Shown here piece by piece: positions 1-12,130 of a stretch of DNA of 64,000 nt. Every line of letters starts with the position of its first letter. Position 1 is the first letter of the stretch. Source of the stretch: Octopus vulgaris. Taxonomy: Eukaryota. Below the pieces are notes generated by a model that made no database searches, had not been told where the DNA came from, and worked only from the letters and a program-made list of their open reading frames with translations. The stretch is taken from assembly GCA_951406725.2 (NCBI GenBank), contig OX597817.1, positions 25,668,001-25,732,000 of the forward strand, in the 5' to 3' direction. The position numbers and the translations under genes were made by a program.

Positions 1-99
1 TTGAAACTAAAGATGCATTCTAAATACTTGTAATAAAGAAAATGCTTCTGCTCTCAACCAAGGGCTAGATGCTGATGTTCAGCTAGAATGTCCAAGCCC

Positions 100-312
100 T
101 CAAGAACAGGAACAATGCCTAACCATATTATACACACATGGCCTTTAATTCTTGTAGGAGATATTTACTCATGATGAACACTTACCTGTACACTAAATTC
201 ATTACTATACTCATGTTTAACTTTCATCTTACATGGATTGTGTAGCTTCTACAAGGAACTCAGTTACTCCAAGCTTCTTCAGAGCCCAGAATATCACACA
301 GTAGAATACTCT
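100..312 (-). mobile_element. Decayed RTE LINE reverse-transcriptase fragment
   Basis: Reverse strand reads ~VIFWALKKLGVTEFLVEATQSM*...EYSNEFSVQVSVH, matching the RTE RT segment WWALRKLGVEEWLV...EF.V.VGVHQG; contains stops. Confidence 0.6.
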
Positions 313-383
313 GCATGTATGTGTTTGTGTTTGTGTGTGTGTGTGTAAATAATTACATCTGTGTTATGTATTATTATGTATAC

Positions 384-775
384 TCTCTTTTACTCTTTTA
401 CTTGTTTCAGTCATGTGACTGTGGTCATGCTGGAGCACCACCTTTAGTCAAGCAAATCAACCCCAGAGCTTATTCTTTGTAAGCCTAGTACTTATTCTAT
501 CGGTCTCTTTTGCCGAACCGCTAAGTTACAGGGACGTAAACATGCCAGCGTCGGTTGTCAAGTGATGTTGATGGGACAAACGCACACACACAAATACACA
601 CACATATATATATATACATATATACAACGGGCTTCTTTCAGTTTCTATCTACCAAATCCACTCATAAGGCTTTGGTCGGCCCGAGACTATAGTACAAGAC
701 ACTTGCCCAAGGTGCCATGCAGTGGGACTGAACCTGGAACCATGTGGTTGGTAAGCAAGCTACTTACCACACACC
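384..775 (-). mobile_element. SINE family A (~420 bp, tRNA-like head, internal (TA/TG)n, (GTAAAAGA)n tail)
   Basis: Reverse complement of the near-complete copy at 58804-59227. Confidence 0.9.
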
Positions 776-1129
776 TTGTTTTTATTTTTGCTTTTAGGTG
801 TTCATTCCAGACTGAGAGAGCCAGTTTCTAACAGAGATATAAAAATTCTCACATGGGAGTTGGGATAACAACAATAATAATTGTTGCATATACACCTTTC
901 AGAAAATCTTGCACATAATTACTATTTCAGTAATGGATTATATCTGTATGTTTATGTTAGCTGTCCTATTTAGCTTTGATTGAAAATCTTACCTTCCTCA
1001 GATTGTAACTTAGACGCTTACAAGCATAACTGAATTGCACCAATAAATACTAGTGTGAATGGATGGCACTATATTTTGTTTCAGCAAGAACATCATGTGG
1101 CAGTGGAATATAGCTCTTTAATGATATTT

Positions 1130-1358
1130 TTGAGCTGGCTGAAATGTTAGCACGCCGGGTGAAATGCGTAGCTGTATTTCGTCTGCCGTTACGTTCTGAG
1201 TTCAAATTCCGCTGAGGTCGACTTTGCTTTTCATCCCTTCGGGGTCGACAAAGTAAGTACCAGTTACGCACTGGGGTCGATGTAATCGACTTAATCCGTT
1301 TGTCTATCCTTGTTTGTCCTCTCTGTGCTTAGCCCCTTGTGGGTAGTAAAGAAACAGA
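1130..1358 (+). mobile_element. SINE family B (~230 bp)
   Basis: GAGTTCAAATTCC B-box, GACTTTGCTTTTCATCCCTTCGGGGTCGA core, flanked by GATATTTTTGA direct repeat. Confidence 0.88.
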
Positions 1359-1762
1359 TATTTTTGAACATCTACTAATAACATATGTTGTGTCCTCCAC
1401 AGAAGAGTAACATAATCAACACTTATGGGTGCATCTTAGAATTTTCAGGGCTCTGCTGTCTCATTTATTCATAAAATATTGAATAGCTATCTCCTGCTTT
1501 TGGATTGCAAAAGCATAGTGTTTGAGATGTGATGTCATGTCACATGTCTAGAGGAGGCTACACTTCATGTTAAAATTGTTGTCTTTCTCTTGTTTACAGG
1601 AAACATAATGATGGATAAGCATTTTATGGTATGTAGAGTGTTTCTCTTCCAGATCTTAGCTAAGATATGTGAGCTTTGCACTTCTGTGTTCATATGGAAT
1701 GTCATCAGATAGTGAGTGTTTCTGGTTTCAATTATGTATGTATGGAGGTAGGTAGGTAGGTA

Positions 1763-1808
<46 letters not shown>

Positions 1809-2315
1809 GGCATCTGGTTCAGGAGGAGTTTCAGGGTCTTGAAAAGTGTGGAAGCACCTCTTGACCACTGTTGTTCTCAGCTCTATTCTGACCCAGAGTG
1901 GTAGCACCTGTCAAAGTTTTATTTATGGATTAATTAGCATATGTGATGACAGTCCCTCTGAGCATGGGGATGCAGAAATACCCTTGGGTGGTACAGAGCT
2001 TATAGTAAAACCACTAGGAATGAGTGACCCCTTAGCTGTTGTCACAGTATCCTTCTTATTGGCCCTCAATGATGTGTAGATGTCTCTTTATGGTGACCTT
2101 ATTTGTCATTCCATCTACTGAAAGTTGTGTGGTAATGAAAGAGTGGGGACATGTTCAGTAAGTTAGAACTTTCAGCTATCTCCTATGTTTCAAACAATGC
2201 AGGACTGCCACAGGACTGAATAATCATCTGAGAGGTCATGGGTGGAAAGTCGGAAACGTCATTGACAACAAAGAAGCACAAGAAAATGACAATCTGCTGT
2301 GAAGATGAAGCAGAC

Positions 2316-2520
2316 ACCATGTGTATATGTATGTACAGTATGTACAAACATATACACTACATACAAATACATATATACGTATGTACAGTATGTATATGTA
2401 TGTGTATATGTATGTACATACTGTACAAACATATACACCACATACAAATACATATATATATGTATGTACAGTATGCATATGTATGTACAGTACATATACA
2501 CCATGTGTATATGTATGCAT
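2316..2520. repeat. AC/AT-rich minisatellite
   Basis: Recurring GTATGTACAGTATG and TGTACAAACATATACAC blocks; source of six overlapping low-complexity ORFs. Confidence 0.85.
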
Positions 2521-3789
2521 TTATTTTATGTTTACAACTCAGCTTGGTTCAAAAAATATAAACTTGTAAGCAGAATGATAATTCAGAAAATTTTTTTAAA
2601 TCTAGAAAAATAGTTTATGGCAGTCAACCTTTTCTTATCAATGTGCACATTCACCCCATTTCAACTGAAAGAAAGCAATAATATCAATAACCTAAATGAA
2701 GAAAAAACTTCCAGTAAAACTTCAACTTTTATAATCACATGAAAAATTTGTCTAAAATAATTGAAAGCCATTTTAAAACACCTGATAAGGAAATATCTAT
2801 AGATCTTAATGACACAGATTCTCTGGTGATTTTATATAAAACTTTAAATTTGTGATTGCTGCATTATACTCCATTAAAAAGTCCATTATATTTTTTGTTG
2901 TTAAATGATAACATATTTGATATCAAATGCTGGCACATTCTATCTTATATAATATTGTATTTTTTTTTTATCCCTAACAGGTATTTAATTAAATATTGCA
3001 TTTTTTTTTAATATTGCAAGAATAAATATATTCCTTATGTTAAAATATTAGAGCTTTGATGGGTGTATGATAATGTGGTACAGGTGGCTAGGGAAATTGA
3101 TTGTCGGGCAACTAACCAAAGAGCTGACAATGTATATGGTGTCACTAGCATTTCCTTAAGTCTATTCCCATGACATTCAACTTTTAGTGCCGTAGTACTT
3201 ACTGTGCATAGGAACCACAGTGTAATATAATACAAGCTATAGATAGGATGCTGTGAAATATACTAATTAGCTTACATCCTTGAGTTTAGCTACTGTAGAT
3301 TGTATATCTTGAAAATGTGTTAGGGCCTTTTGTTCTTCATTATTTCTTTTACTTGCTATGTCTACTGTTTCTCAATATCTATCATTATTCGGTGCTTATA
3401 TCAAATCTTACCACCTCTTACCACTTTTTCTTAGCATCCTTTGTATTATTTCTCAAGTCATTTATAGAACAAATGGATTCCAATAATAGGTAAACTAGCA
3501 GGGATTCATTGTTCAAACAATTCCACAGAAAGAGAATTCTGCTTTATTCCTCAATTTTGTTTTGAGAATTTCAGAACAAGTATTCATGTAGAGACTCTGG
3601 TCAGTAATTATCTATTTATGACTATATGATGAAGTCCATTTTCCTATCATAAGATTCCAGGTTCAATTCCATTTCAGGACACATTTAGGAGGTATCTGCC
3701 CCTGTAGCCCTGGTTTGATTAAAATCTTGTGAGTGGATTTGGAAAATGGAAACTGAAAGAATCCTTTTGCATGTATTGAAACCAGTATG

Positions 3790-4422
3790 CTCCGATGGAA
3801 GTGTAATGTCAGTGTACATACTCGACAGAGTGTAAGTACCTTGAGAGAAAAGTTGGACCTAAGAAGCATCATATGTGGTGTGCAAGAGAGACGACTGCGC
3901 TAGTATGTTCATGTGGCGAAAATGGATGAGGATAGCTGTGTGAAAAAGTGCCACACCCTAGCGGTTGAGGGAATCTGTGGTAGAGGTAGATATGGAAGAC
4001 CTGGGATGAAGTGGTGAAGCACGACTTTTGAAAATTAGGCCTCACCGAGGCAATGACTAGTGACCGAGAACTTTGGAAATATACTGTGCTTGAGAAGGCC
4101 TGGCAAGCCAAGTGAGACCATAACCTCATGGCCTATGCCACGGGTGTAATCAGCCCACTTATGCGTACCTGTGCAGGTGGCACATAAAAAACACCATTTG
4201 AGCATGGCCATTGCCAGTACCACATGACTGGTCCTCATGCCAGTGGCATGTAAAAGCACCCACTACACTCACGGAGTGGTTGGCATTAGGAAGGGCATCC
4301 AGCTGTAAAAACTCTGCCAGATCAGATTGGAGCCTGGTGCAGCCATCTGGTTCGCCAGTTCTCAGTCAAATCATTCAACCCATGCTAGCATGGAATGCGG
4401 ATGTTAAACGATGATGATGATG
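3790..4422 (+). mobile_element. RTE LINE 3' end
   Basis: Decayed C-terminus (~GTCGRGR..KTWDEVVKHD), 3' UTR ...GGCATTAGGAAGGGCATCCAGC...GTTAAACGATGATGATG tail. Confidence 0.85.
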
Positions 4423-4940
4423 TGTGCATATTTGTGTGAGTGTGTGAGTGTCTGTTTGTATCCATTTATATCTATCTGTATATATGCTTGAACATAAGCA
4501 TGCATATTTCATTACTGTTTATGCATGTGAGTGTATATGTATTCCATATGTTTATGTTCTTGCATGCCTATATTCACCCAGGAACTTGAAATGTAGAATC
4601 CTTGAATTATTTTACAAAATTTCTCTGTTCCCATCATTGACTGTATTTGGAAGATGCATATCAGTCAGGTCTGTTCTGTTTCAGAGAAGCTAAGCAGTTT
4701 TAGGATTTTTACATAAATCTCTTGTTACATAGCCCAGTGCACCTACGTTAATAGGAACAAATTGAGATAAATATCCTGAATATAAAAGCTGAATATTTCT
4801 CATTGGTTCTAAATAGAGATTCTCCTTTTCCTCAATTTTGAAGAGACATTCACATATGTTTGGCAACTGATCTCAGCGATAGTACACAGCTTTTGCTCCT
4901 TTTCCCATAAAGCTATATACCTGATGTACATTATTTACAT

Positions 4941-5012
4941 ATGGCATAGTGGTTAAGAGCACGGGCTGCTAACCCCAAGATTCCGAGTTCGATTCCAAGC
5001 AGTGGCATGAAC

Positions 5013-5061
<49 letters not shown>

Positions 5062-5067
5062 AAATAA

Positions 5068-5104
<37 letters not shown>

Positions 5105-5110
5105 AAATAA

Positions 5111-5178
<68 letters not shown>

Positions 5179-5198
5179 TGATGATGATGATGATGATT

Positions 5199-5254
<56 letters not shown>

Positions 5255-5436
5255 TAATAACATCGAAGAATACCTTAGGAATGAGAACCCAGGTTCGAAA
5301 TTTCCCCAAGACACCTGAAGATGGCTGGAGGGTATATCAGCTGAAACGTTGTGTTAACAACAAACAGGATGTGGACAAATATCCGTCGAATGTAAATAAT
5401 GTACATAATTCCTCATCTCTTAAATATAGAACTGTA
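4941..5436 (+). mobile_element. tRNA-derived SINE-like element with (AAT)n insert and hammerhead-bearing 3' body
   Basis: A-box TGGCATAGTGG 4942-4952, anticodon-like arm GGG-CT-GCT-AA-CCC, B-box GAGTTCGATTCC 4985-4996, ~250 bp (AAT)n, then unique body. Confidence 0.75.
5310..5355 (+). ncRNA. Minimal type-I hammerhead ribozyme motif (Penelope-like element type)
   Basis: GACAC-CTGAAGA-T-GGCTG-(10 nt)-CAGCT-GAAA-CGTT-GTGTT: core boxes, stem II, palindromic AACGTT stem III, stem I GACAC/GTGTT. Confidence 0.7.
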
Positions 5437-5519
5437 TATCTGATCTGTTGTGCTTACACTGAGTTGCTGCTTTTAGGAGAATGTTTCACCAGTATTCTTT
5501 AGTTTCAAAGGTGTGAATA

Positions 5520-6100
5520 CTTTCTTCGAATGTTGGACCTCACAGAGGCAATAAGAAAAGATTGAGACCTCTGGAGGTATGCTGTGACTAAGAAGACCTA
5601 ACAAATAAAGTGAGTCCACAGCTGTAACCTACACCAGTGTCATGTAACCAGACCACTCAAAAGTACCTTGGATGATAGGGTGAGATGCTGTGCTTGAGGA
5701 GACCTATTGAGTCAAGTACATCAACATCAGCAATATCAAAATCAAATTAAATGGAAATTGTGGTTGTGAGCCCCGTGTTAGTAGCACATAAAAAGTACCA
5801 TGTGAATGTCGCCAATGCCAGTGCCGCCTTGACTGGCTTCCATACTGTTGGCATGTAAAAGCACCCTCTGATCATGATCGATGCCAGCTTCTCTGGACCC
5901 TTGTGCCAGTGGCACATAAAAAGCACCCCCTACACTCTCAGATTGGTTGGCATTAGGAAGGGCATCTAGCTGTAGAAACACTGCCAGATCAGACTGGGGC
6001 CAGGTGCAGTCTCCTGGCTTTCCAGACCCCAGTCGAACTGTCTAACCCATGCCAGCATGGAAAACGGACGTAAAACGACGATAATGATGATGATGATGAT
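5520..6100 (+). mobile_element. RTE LINE 3' end
   Basis: Same 3' UTR family as 3790-4422, ends in a (GAT)n tail. Confidence 0.85.
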
Positions 6101-6541
6101 GGTATAAATAATTGAGATTCAGTTGAATTAGGTACTTAGGTTGAAGCACCAAGTCAGTCCGGTATCACCCACACAGCTCGAAGTAAGGTGAATAAAATAA
6201 TAATAAGTAACAGGATATCAAATAGTAAAGCAGTACGACTGTTTCAAGTGGCTATATTCAATTGAACAATGCAATCATTACATATTGTTATGTTGAATAA
6301 AAATAAAATTTAAGAATCTCAAAAATGGTATCATAACCAAAATAGGTAAAAGGTGTAAATATATCAATTATAAACATTAAAAAGGAAGATTACTTAAAAT
6401 CAGCTTAATATCCTTTCATGTATTTAATTACTTATTCAGTGGTTTCTATAAAGATTGTTCAAGGCATTTACATATAGAATAACTGGAAAGATATACATGC
6501 TATCTAACTGCCTACTCCTAATGTCTTATTTGCTTCCTGGG

Positions 6542-7288
6542 TAAAAGGGATATATATGATAATATTTATGACCATACCTTGCCATGAGCTGTCAACTCAC
6601 TCTTGTCCTTTATTCCAAATAGACAGTCATCTAGTCTTAGATTTAGTAGTTGATAAAGAGATAAATGAATTAGAAATGAATTACAACACTGTGACTCCAC
6701 TATGCTCCATGCAATTCTTAGAAGTTGTAGTCTATTCTTAGCTGCAAGAGCAACAACATGAATTTTTTCCATCTTCTTGCTCTGTTAAAGTATTTAATAA
6801 AAATTATACAAATGTGTCCTACTTGTTAAAATTCCATTTATTTATTTGTGCGTCTGATGATGGCACTGCATTTAAATTGATGTAATGATCACATCGTTCA
6901 ATTAAATGGATCCACTTGAAATGATCATATTGCATTACTACTTGATATCCTGTTGCTTATTTTCATCTTCAGCTTCACAAATAAATAAATGGAATTTTAA
7001 CAAGTAGGACTCATTTCGATAATTTTTCTTGAATATTTTAACAGATCAAGAAGATGGGGAAAAAATTCATGTTGTTGCTCTTGCAGCTAAGAATAGACTA
7101 CAACTTCTAAGAATTGCATGGAGCATAGTGGAGTCATAGGGTTAGAATGAATTTCTAATTCATTTATATCTTTATCAACTTCTAAATCTAGGACTAGAAG
7201 ACAGTATCTATTTTGAATAAAGGACAAGTGTGAGTTGACAGCTCATGGCTAGATATGGTCATAAATATTATCATATGTATCCCTTTTA
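6542..7288. repeat. Long fold-back inverted repeat (~320-bp arms, ~100-bp spacer), possibly Penelope-derived
   Basis: 6542-6862 is the reverse complement of 6964-7288, e.g. GACTCCACTATGCTCCATGCAATTCTTAGAAG / CTTCTAAGAATTGCATGGAGCATAGTGGAGTC. Confidence 0.92.
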
Positions 7289-7419
7289 TGTAAACACATA
7301 TATATGTATATTGTATTTCATGTATTTAACATACTTTATATATTGATCAGTCTAATTTACTTATCCTTACATTTACTTCTATACCTGCTGAAGCTTAAAT
7401 CTCTTGAGCACCTCTAGAT

Positions 7420-7472
<53 letters not shown>

Positions 7473-7616
7473 TATGTATTCATATATGTAATTGAACATA
7501 TAATATGCTCTCTTGCTATCTCCCTCATTATCTTACTCTCTCATTCACTCTCCTTTCTTTTCCAACTGGGGCAACCATGTATCTACAGCAAGACACCTGT
7601 CTATGTCAATCTATAC

Positions 7617-8090
7617 CTATTTCTTTACTACCCACAAGGGGCTAAACACAGAGAGGTCAAACAAGGACAGACAAATGGATTAAGTTGATTATATCAACAC
7701 CAGTGTGTAACTGGTACTTATGTAATCAACCCTGAAATTGTGCAAGGCAAAGTCGACCTCGGTGGAATTTGAACTCAGAATGTAAAGACAGACGAAATAC
7801 CGCTAAGCATTCCGCCTGGCGTGCTAACGTTTCTGCCAGTTCGTCGCCTTAAAATATATTTTGTTATTGCCCACAAGGGGCTAGACATAGAGGGGACAAA
7901 CAAGGATAGACAAAGGGATTAAGTTAATTACATCAACCCCAGTGCGTAACTGGTACTTTATTTATCGACCCTGAAAGAATGAAAGGCAAAGTCAACCTCG
8001 GCGGAATTTGAACTCAGAACGTAATGGCACACGAAATACCACTAAGCATTTCACCCGGCGCGCTTGCATTTCTGCCAGCTCACCACCTTT
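7617..8090 (-). mobile_element. Head-to-tail pair of SINE B
   Basis: Two full B copies enclosed by one TGTCAATCTATACCT direct repeat. Confidence 0.88.
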
Positions 8091-8250
8091 TGTCAATCTA
8101 TACCTTCCATCTCTCAAACAGCACAATGTCATGTGTCTATAAATGATACTCACCCCTCCCAGTTGGAGAATTTTTTTTTATTTTGCAAGATATTTGGTGA
8201 CCCCATCAGCAATGGTGCTATGTAAAATACACCAGTGCTGGTGCCATATA

Positions 8251-8345
8251 AATTGAACCTATAGTACAAGGTAATTAGACATTGAACCTATAGTACAAGG
8301 TATAGTACAAGGAATTGAACCTATAGTACAAGGTAATTAGACATT
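8251..8345. repeat. Short tandem duplication of ATTGAACCTATAGTACAAGG(TAATTAGAC)
   Basis: Three copies plus a partial, directly visible. Confidence 0.85.
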
Positions 8346-8420
8346 CACTGGGAGCGTCAAAAACACTTGCTAGAATTTACAATGGGGTCACTGTTAGGAT
8401 TTCTTAAAACTTAAAATGCT

Positions 8421-8890
8421 GGAGTGACTGTGTGGTAAGTAGCTTGCTTGCCAACCACATGGTTCCAGGTGCAGTCCCACTGCGTGGCACCTTGGGCAAG
8501 TGTCTTCTACCATAGCCTCAGGCTGACCAAAGCCTTGTGAGTGGATTTGGTAGATTGAAACTGAAAGAAGCCCATTATATATATGTTTGTTTCCAGTTTC
8601 AGCTCTTGAACTGTGGCCATGCTGGGGCACCGCCATATATGTATATATATGTGTATGTGTGTATGTGTGTTTGTGTCTGTGTTTGTTCTCCCAACATCGC
8701 TTGACAACCGATGCTGGTGTGTTTGCGTTCCCGTAACTTAGCGGTTCGGCAAAAGAGACCAATAGAATAAGTACTAGGCTTATAAAGAATAAGTCCAGGG
8801 GTCGATTTGCTCGACTAAAGGCAGTGCTCCAGCATGGCCACAGTCAAATAACTGAAAACAAGTAAAAGAGTAAAGAAAGAGTAAAAGAGT
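8421..8890 (+). mobile_element. SINE A with an internal inverted tail-like fragment (~8585-8635)
   Basis: Family match; TGTGGCCATGCTGGGGCACCGCC sits in opposite orientation inside the microsatellite. Confidence 0.88.
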
Positions 8891-9536
8891 ATTATCAACA
8901 AGAATTCAGCTGATATCCTGAATATCCTACTGCTTATGTTATTTATGGTTTATTAAATACTTATATGATACTTGGTAGTATCAATATTACAAGATACCAG
9001 TGAGTAGTACTGAAATATAGTTTTGGTAACGTCCTGCAGCATGAGCTGTATGTAGATTATTATAATTACTATAATATTTCAGATAGTTGAAACTCATTTG
9101 ACCAATTCAGTAAGAATCTATTAGATGTTAAAGCAATTATTATCCTAGTTGAGGGATAAATTAGGATATTATCTTCAATTCATTGCAATGATATGAGCAA
9201 CAATTACCCCCATTTTCAATGTACTGGATCTACTTCAGTCCTACTTGTTGTAAAGTTCTGTTAAGTTGTAACCTATTATTATAGATTAATAAATCAATTG
9301 ATAAAATTGTTCAGACAAATGCTAATGATGCACATAAAATTTCTACAAATTCTATATAGAATATGAGTTTATATTTTTAAATGTTTTTGCAGTGTATCAG
9401 CCATCTTGAAATGGGTCAGTGTTTTCAACATCGTTTTCTTTCCCATAGAGCCCTGACTAATTAGTAATTAAATATCATTGGAAATCTTTACATGCAAAAA
9501 CTTTCTTGAACGTGTTTGGTTTTAGTTTTCAAACAT

Positions 9537-9960
9537 ACTCTTTACCCTTTACTCTTTTACTTGTTTCAGTCATTTGACTGCGGCCATGCTGGAGCACCGT
9601 CTTTAGTCGAGCAAATCGACCCCGGGACTTATTCTTTGTAAGCCCAGTACTTATTCTATCGGTCTCTTTTGCCGAACTGCTAAGTGACGGGGACATAAAC
9701 ACACCAGCATCGGTTGTCAAGCAATGCTAGGGGAACAAACACAGACACACAAACACACACGCACACACACATATATATATATATACATATAGATATATAC
9801 GACGGGCTTCTTTCAGTTTCCGTCTACCAAATCCACTCACAAGGCTTTGGTCGGCCCGATACTATAGTAGAAGACACTTGCCCAAGGTGCCAGGCAGTGG
9901 GACTGAACCTGGAATCATGTGGTTGGTAAGCAAGCTACTTACCACACAGCCACTCCTGCG
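9537..9960 (-). mobile_element. SINE A
   Basis: Full-length family match. Confidence 0.92.
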
Positions 9961-10184
9961 CTCTTAGTTATTTTATCAAAACTAACTTAGATGAATTTTT
10001 CATAACACATAAAAATAGGGATTTGCTCAATTCATACAATCTTCTTATTACAGTTTACCAAATGAATGTAATGGCTTTCATCCACCATAGGATTTATGTG
10101 ACCAATATAGTATGTTTCGCTTTTGGATTTGGTTTGCAAGATTCTTTATATAAGTTTGTGTGTTGAACCATATTCTGTTGTATC

Positions 10185-10432
10185 TCTCTACTCTCTCTCT
10201 TTTACTTGTTTCAGTCATTTGACTGCGGCCATGCTGGAGCACCGCCTTTAGTCGAGCAAATCGACCCCGGCACTTATTCTTTGTAAGCCCAGTATTTATT
10301 CTATCGGTCTTTTTTGCCGAACTGCTAAGTGACGGGGATGTACCGCTAAGTGACGGGGATGTAAACACACCATCATCGGTTGTCAAGCAATGCTAGGGGG
10401 ACAAAGCCAGACACACAAACACACACACACAA

Positions 10433-10483
<51 letters not shown>

Positions 10484-10602
10484 CATATATACGACAGGCT
10501 TCTTTCAGTTTCCGTCTACCAAATCCACTCACAAGGCATTGGTCGGCCCAGGGCTATAGCAGAAGACATTTGCCCAAGATGCCACGCAGTGGAACTGAAC
10601 CT
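10185..10602 (-). mobile_element. SINE A, 5'-truncated, with internal ~20-bp duplication
   Basis: Family match; GCTAAGTGACGGGGATGTA occurs twice. Confidence 0.9.
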
Positions 10603-10669
10603 GTTTGCAATTTTAAATCTTTAATTTCATCATTTATTCAGCGTTTCTTATGTTATTTATGTATGCCTT

Positions 10670-10962
10670 AGAGGTCACTTGCAGACCGCTCTAGATAAAG
10701 AAGGGTGGCGATCAGCTGTCCACAAGGGTGCCAACACATGCGAGACCAATAGGATTGCTGTTGTAGAAGACAGCAGACAAGCCAGGAAGAACAGAGCTAA
10801 CAACCCTGTAGGAGGCGCTACCATTCCCTGTCTACACTATCAAAGACTCTTTCGGGCACAGATTGGCTTCACTAGCCATCTGCAGACTCACGAAACAAAC
10901 CAACCCCCACCCCAGGATGACTAGATGGTCTTTGTCGCATCGAAAGACAAACTACACACACA
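10670..10962 (+). mobile_element. RTE/BovB-like LINE 3' end with C-terminal zinc-finger remnant
   Basis: ALDKEGWRSAVHKG...IPCLHYQRLFRAQIGFTSHLQTH, short 3' UTR, CA-rich tail. Confidence 0.75.
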
Positions 10963-11479
10963 GAGATCAGCTTATTGCTTTATTTTAGAAATTAAATGTA
11001 TATTTAAATACATAGCTGTGTATTGTTCAGGCATATTATTGTAAAGGTGAAAATTCTACAGTATTCACATATGTTTGATAACGAGAATATATTGCTTCAT
11101 TAATATTTTCTTTTAACATTTAGTATCATGTTTTGTTAAGCAGTTTGCAAAGACAAACACTTTCATAAAATCTGGCTTAAACAGAGACTACGGAATTTCT
11201 GTTGTCAAAGAATATTAAAGAATAACTTCAATCTGAAAAGTCTGTCATGATACACATTTCAATTCATTGACTGATTGCAAAATTAAGTGCTGCAAAACCA
11301 TTTCAAATTGTTGGTTTTGCAAAAACTGCAAACAACAGCAGTTTGAAAAATTAGACAGTCATAGAAACAAAGGGATTAACAATATTATTCACTCACTAGA
11401 ATGCATATTGGAAAGAGGAAAGAGATCTAGTTAGACACAAGTAAAAGAGAGAAAAGAGTAAAGAGTATATTTGCTAATC

Positions 11480-12130
11480 TTGTATATGAACAGGTCAGGT
11501 ATGGGGTCATGCATCATTGCAGCACAATGCTGTGCTGCATCCACTGCTTATTGGTATCATTTTGGTTCATCCCAGGCAATCCTTCAAGCAGTGTCCCACT
11601 CAGTTTCCATCTCCTTGAAATCCTTTTTCATCCACCGTGACTGTGAGGCATTTAGCTGACCAGCATGAGCCATCACCCCAGCCAAATTCTCAGAGAAGGG
11701 AACATGGTATGAAGGATCCAACTCAGAATAGTGAGCAACATAACCATAACAGTTTTGAGCTGTCAAATCATGCAGGTAGCAGGACACATCCCAGTTTCTG
11801 AGTTTAGTCATTGATTGGATATGAAATCTAACGAATGGTAGCCCATAATTCTGTGAAGTGTGATGGCACGAAAGAAGTTCAGAAGTAGAACAGAAGCAGA
11901 TCATCACCTGAGCAGAGTGACGATCAGAGACACCCAAGGGCACCAGACAGTGTTCAGGTGTTGCAGCTGTTGAGAAACACAAGCAGGACCAGAGATCCAA
12001 CAACCTGAACCATTATTCTCTTGCTCAGATATCAACAATGCTTGACACCCTTTCTTCTTAGCGAGTCCACAACTGCAGCAGCATGTCCAAGTCATTTTAA
12101 GACTTTGAACTCACAGCTACTACTGCTGTG
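11480..12130 (-). mobile_element. Decayed RTE-type LINE C-terminal region
   Basis: YGYVAHYSELDP and WMKKDFKEMETEWDTA resemble the RTE GHV...W...D motifs; frameshifted. Confidence 0.55.

Noticed and set aside
180-192. Strong minus-strand donor CAG|GTAAGT
   Set aside because: Lies inside decayed RTE RT sequence (VQVSVH)
993-1029. Possible minus-strand exon YACKRLSYNLRK before AAG|GTAAGA
   Set aside because: Weak acceptor, no recognisable protein and no linked exons
4941-5010. Possible tRNA-Ser(GCT) gene
   Set aside because: No acceptor stem, no long variable arm, and it runs into (AAT)n; treated as a SINE head
6855-6925. Hammerhead in the fold-back spacer (CTGATGA...GAAA)
   Set aside because: Stems I and III cannot be drawn convincingly
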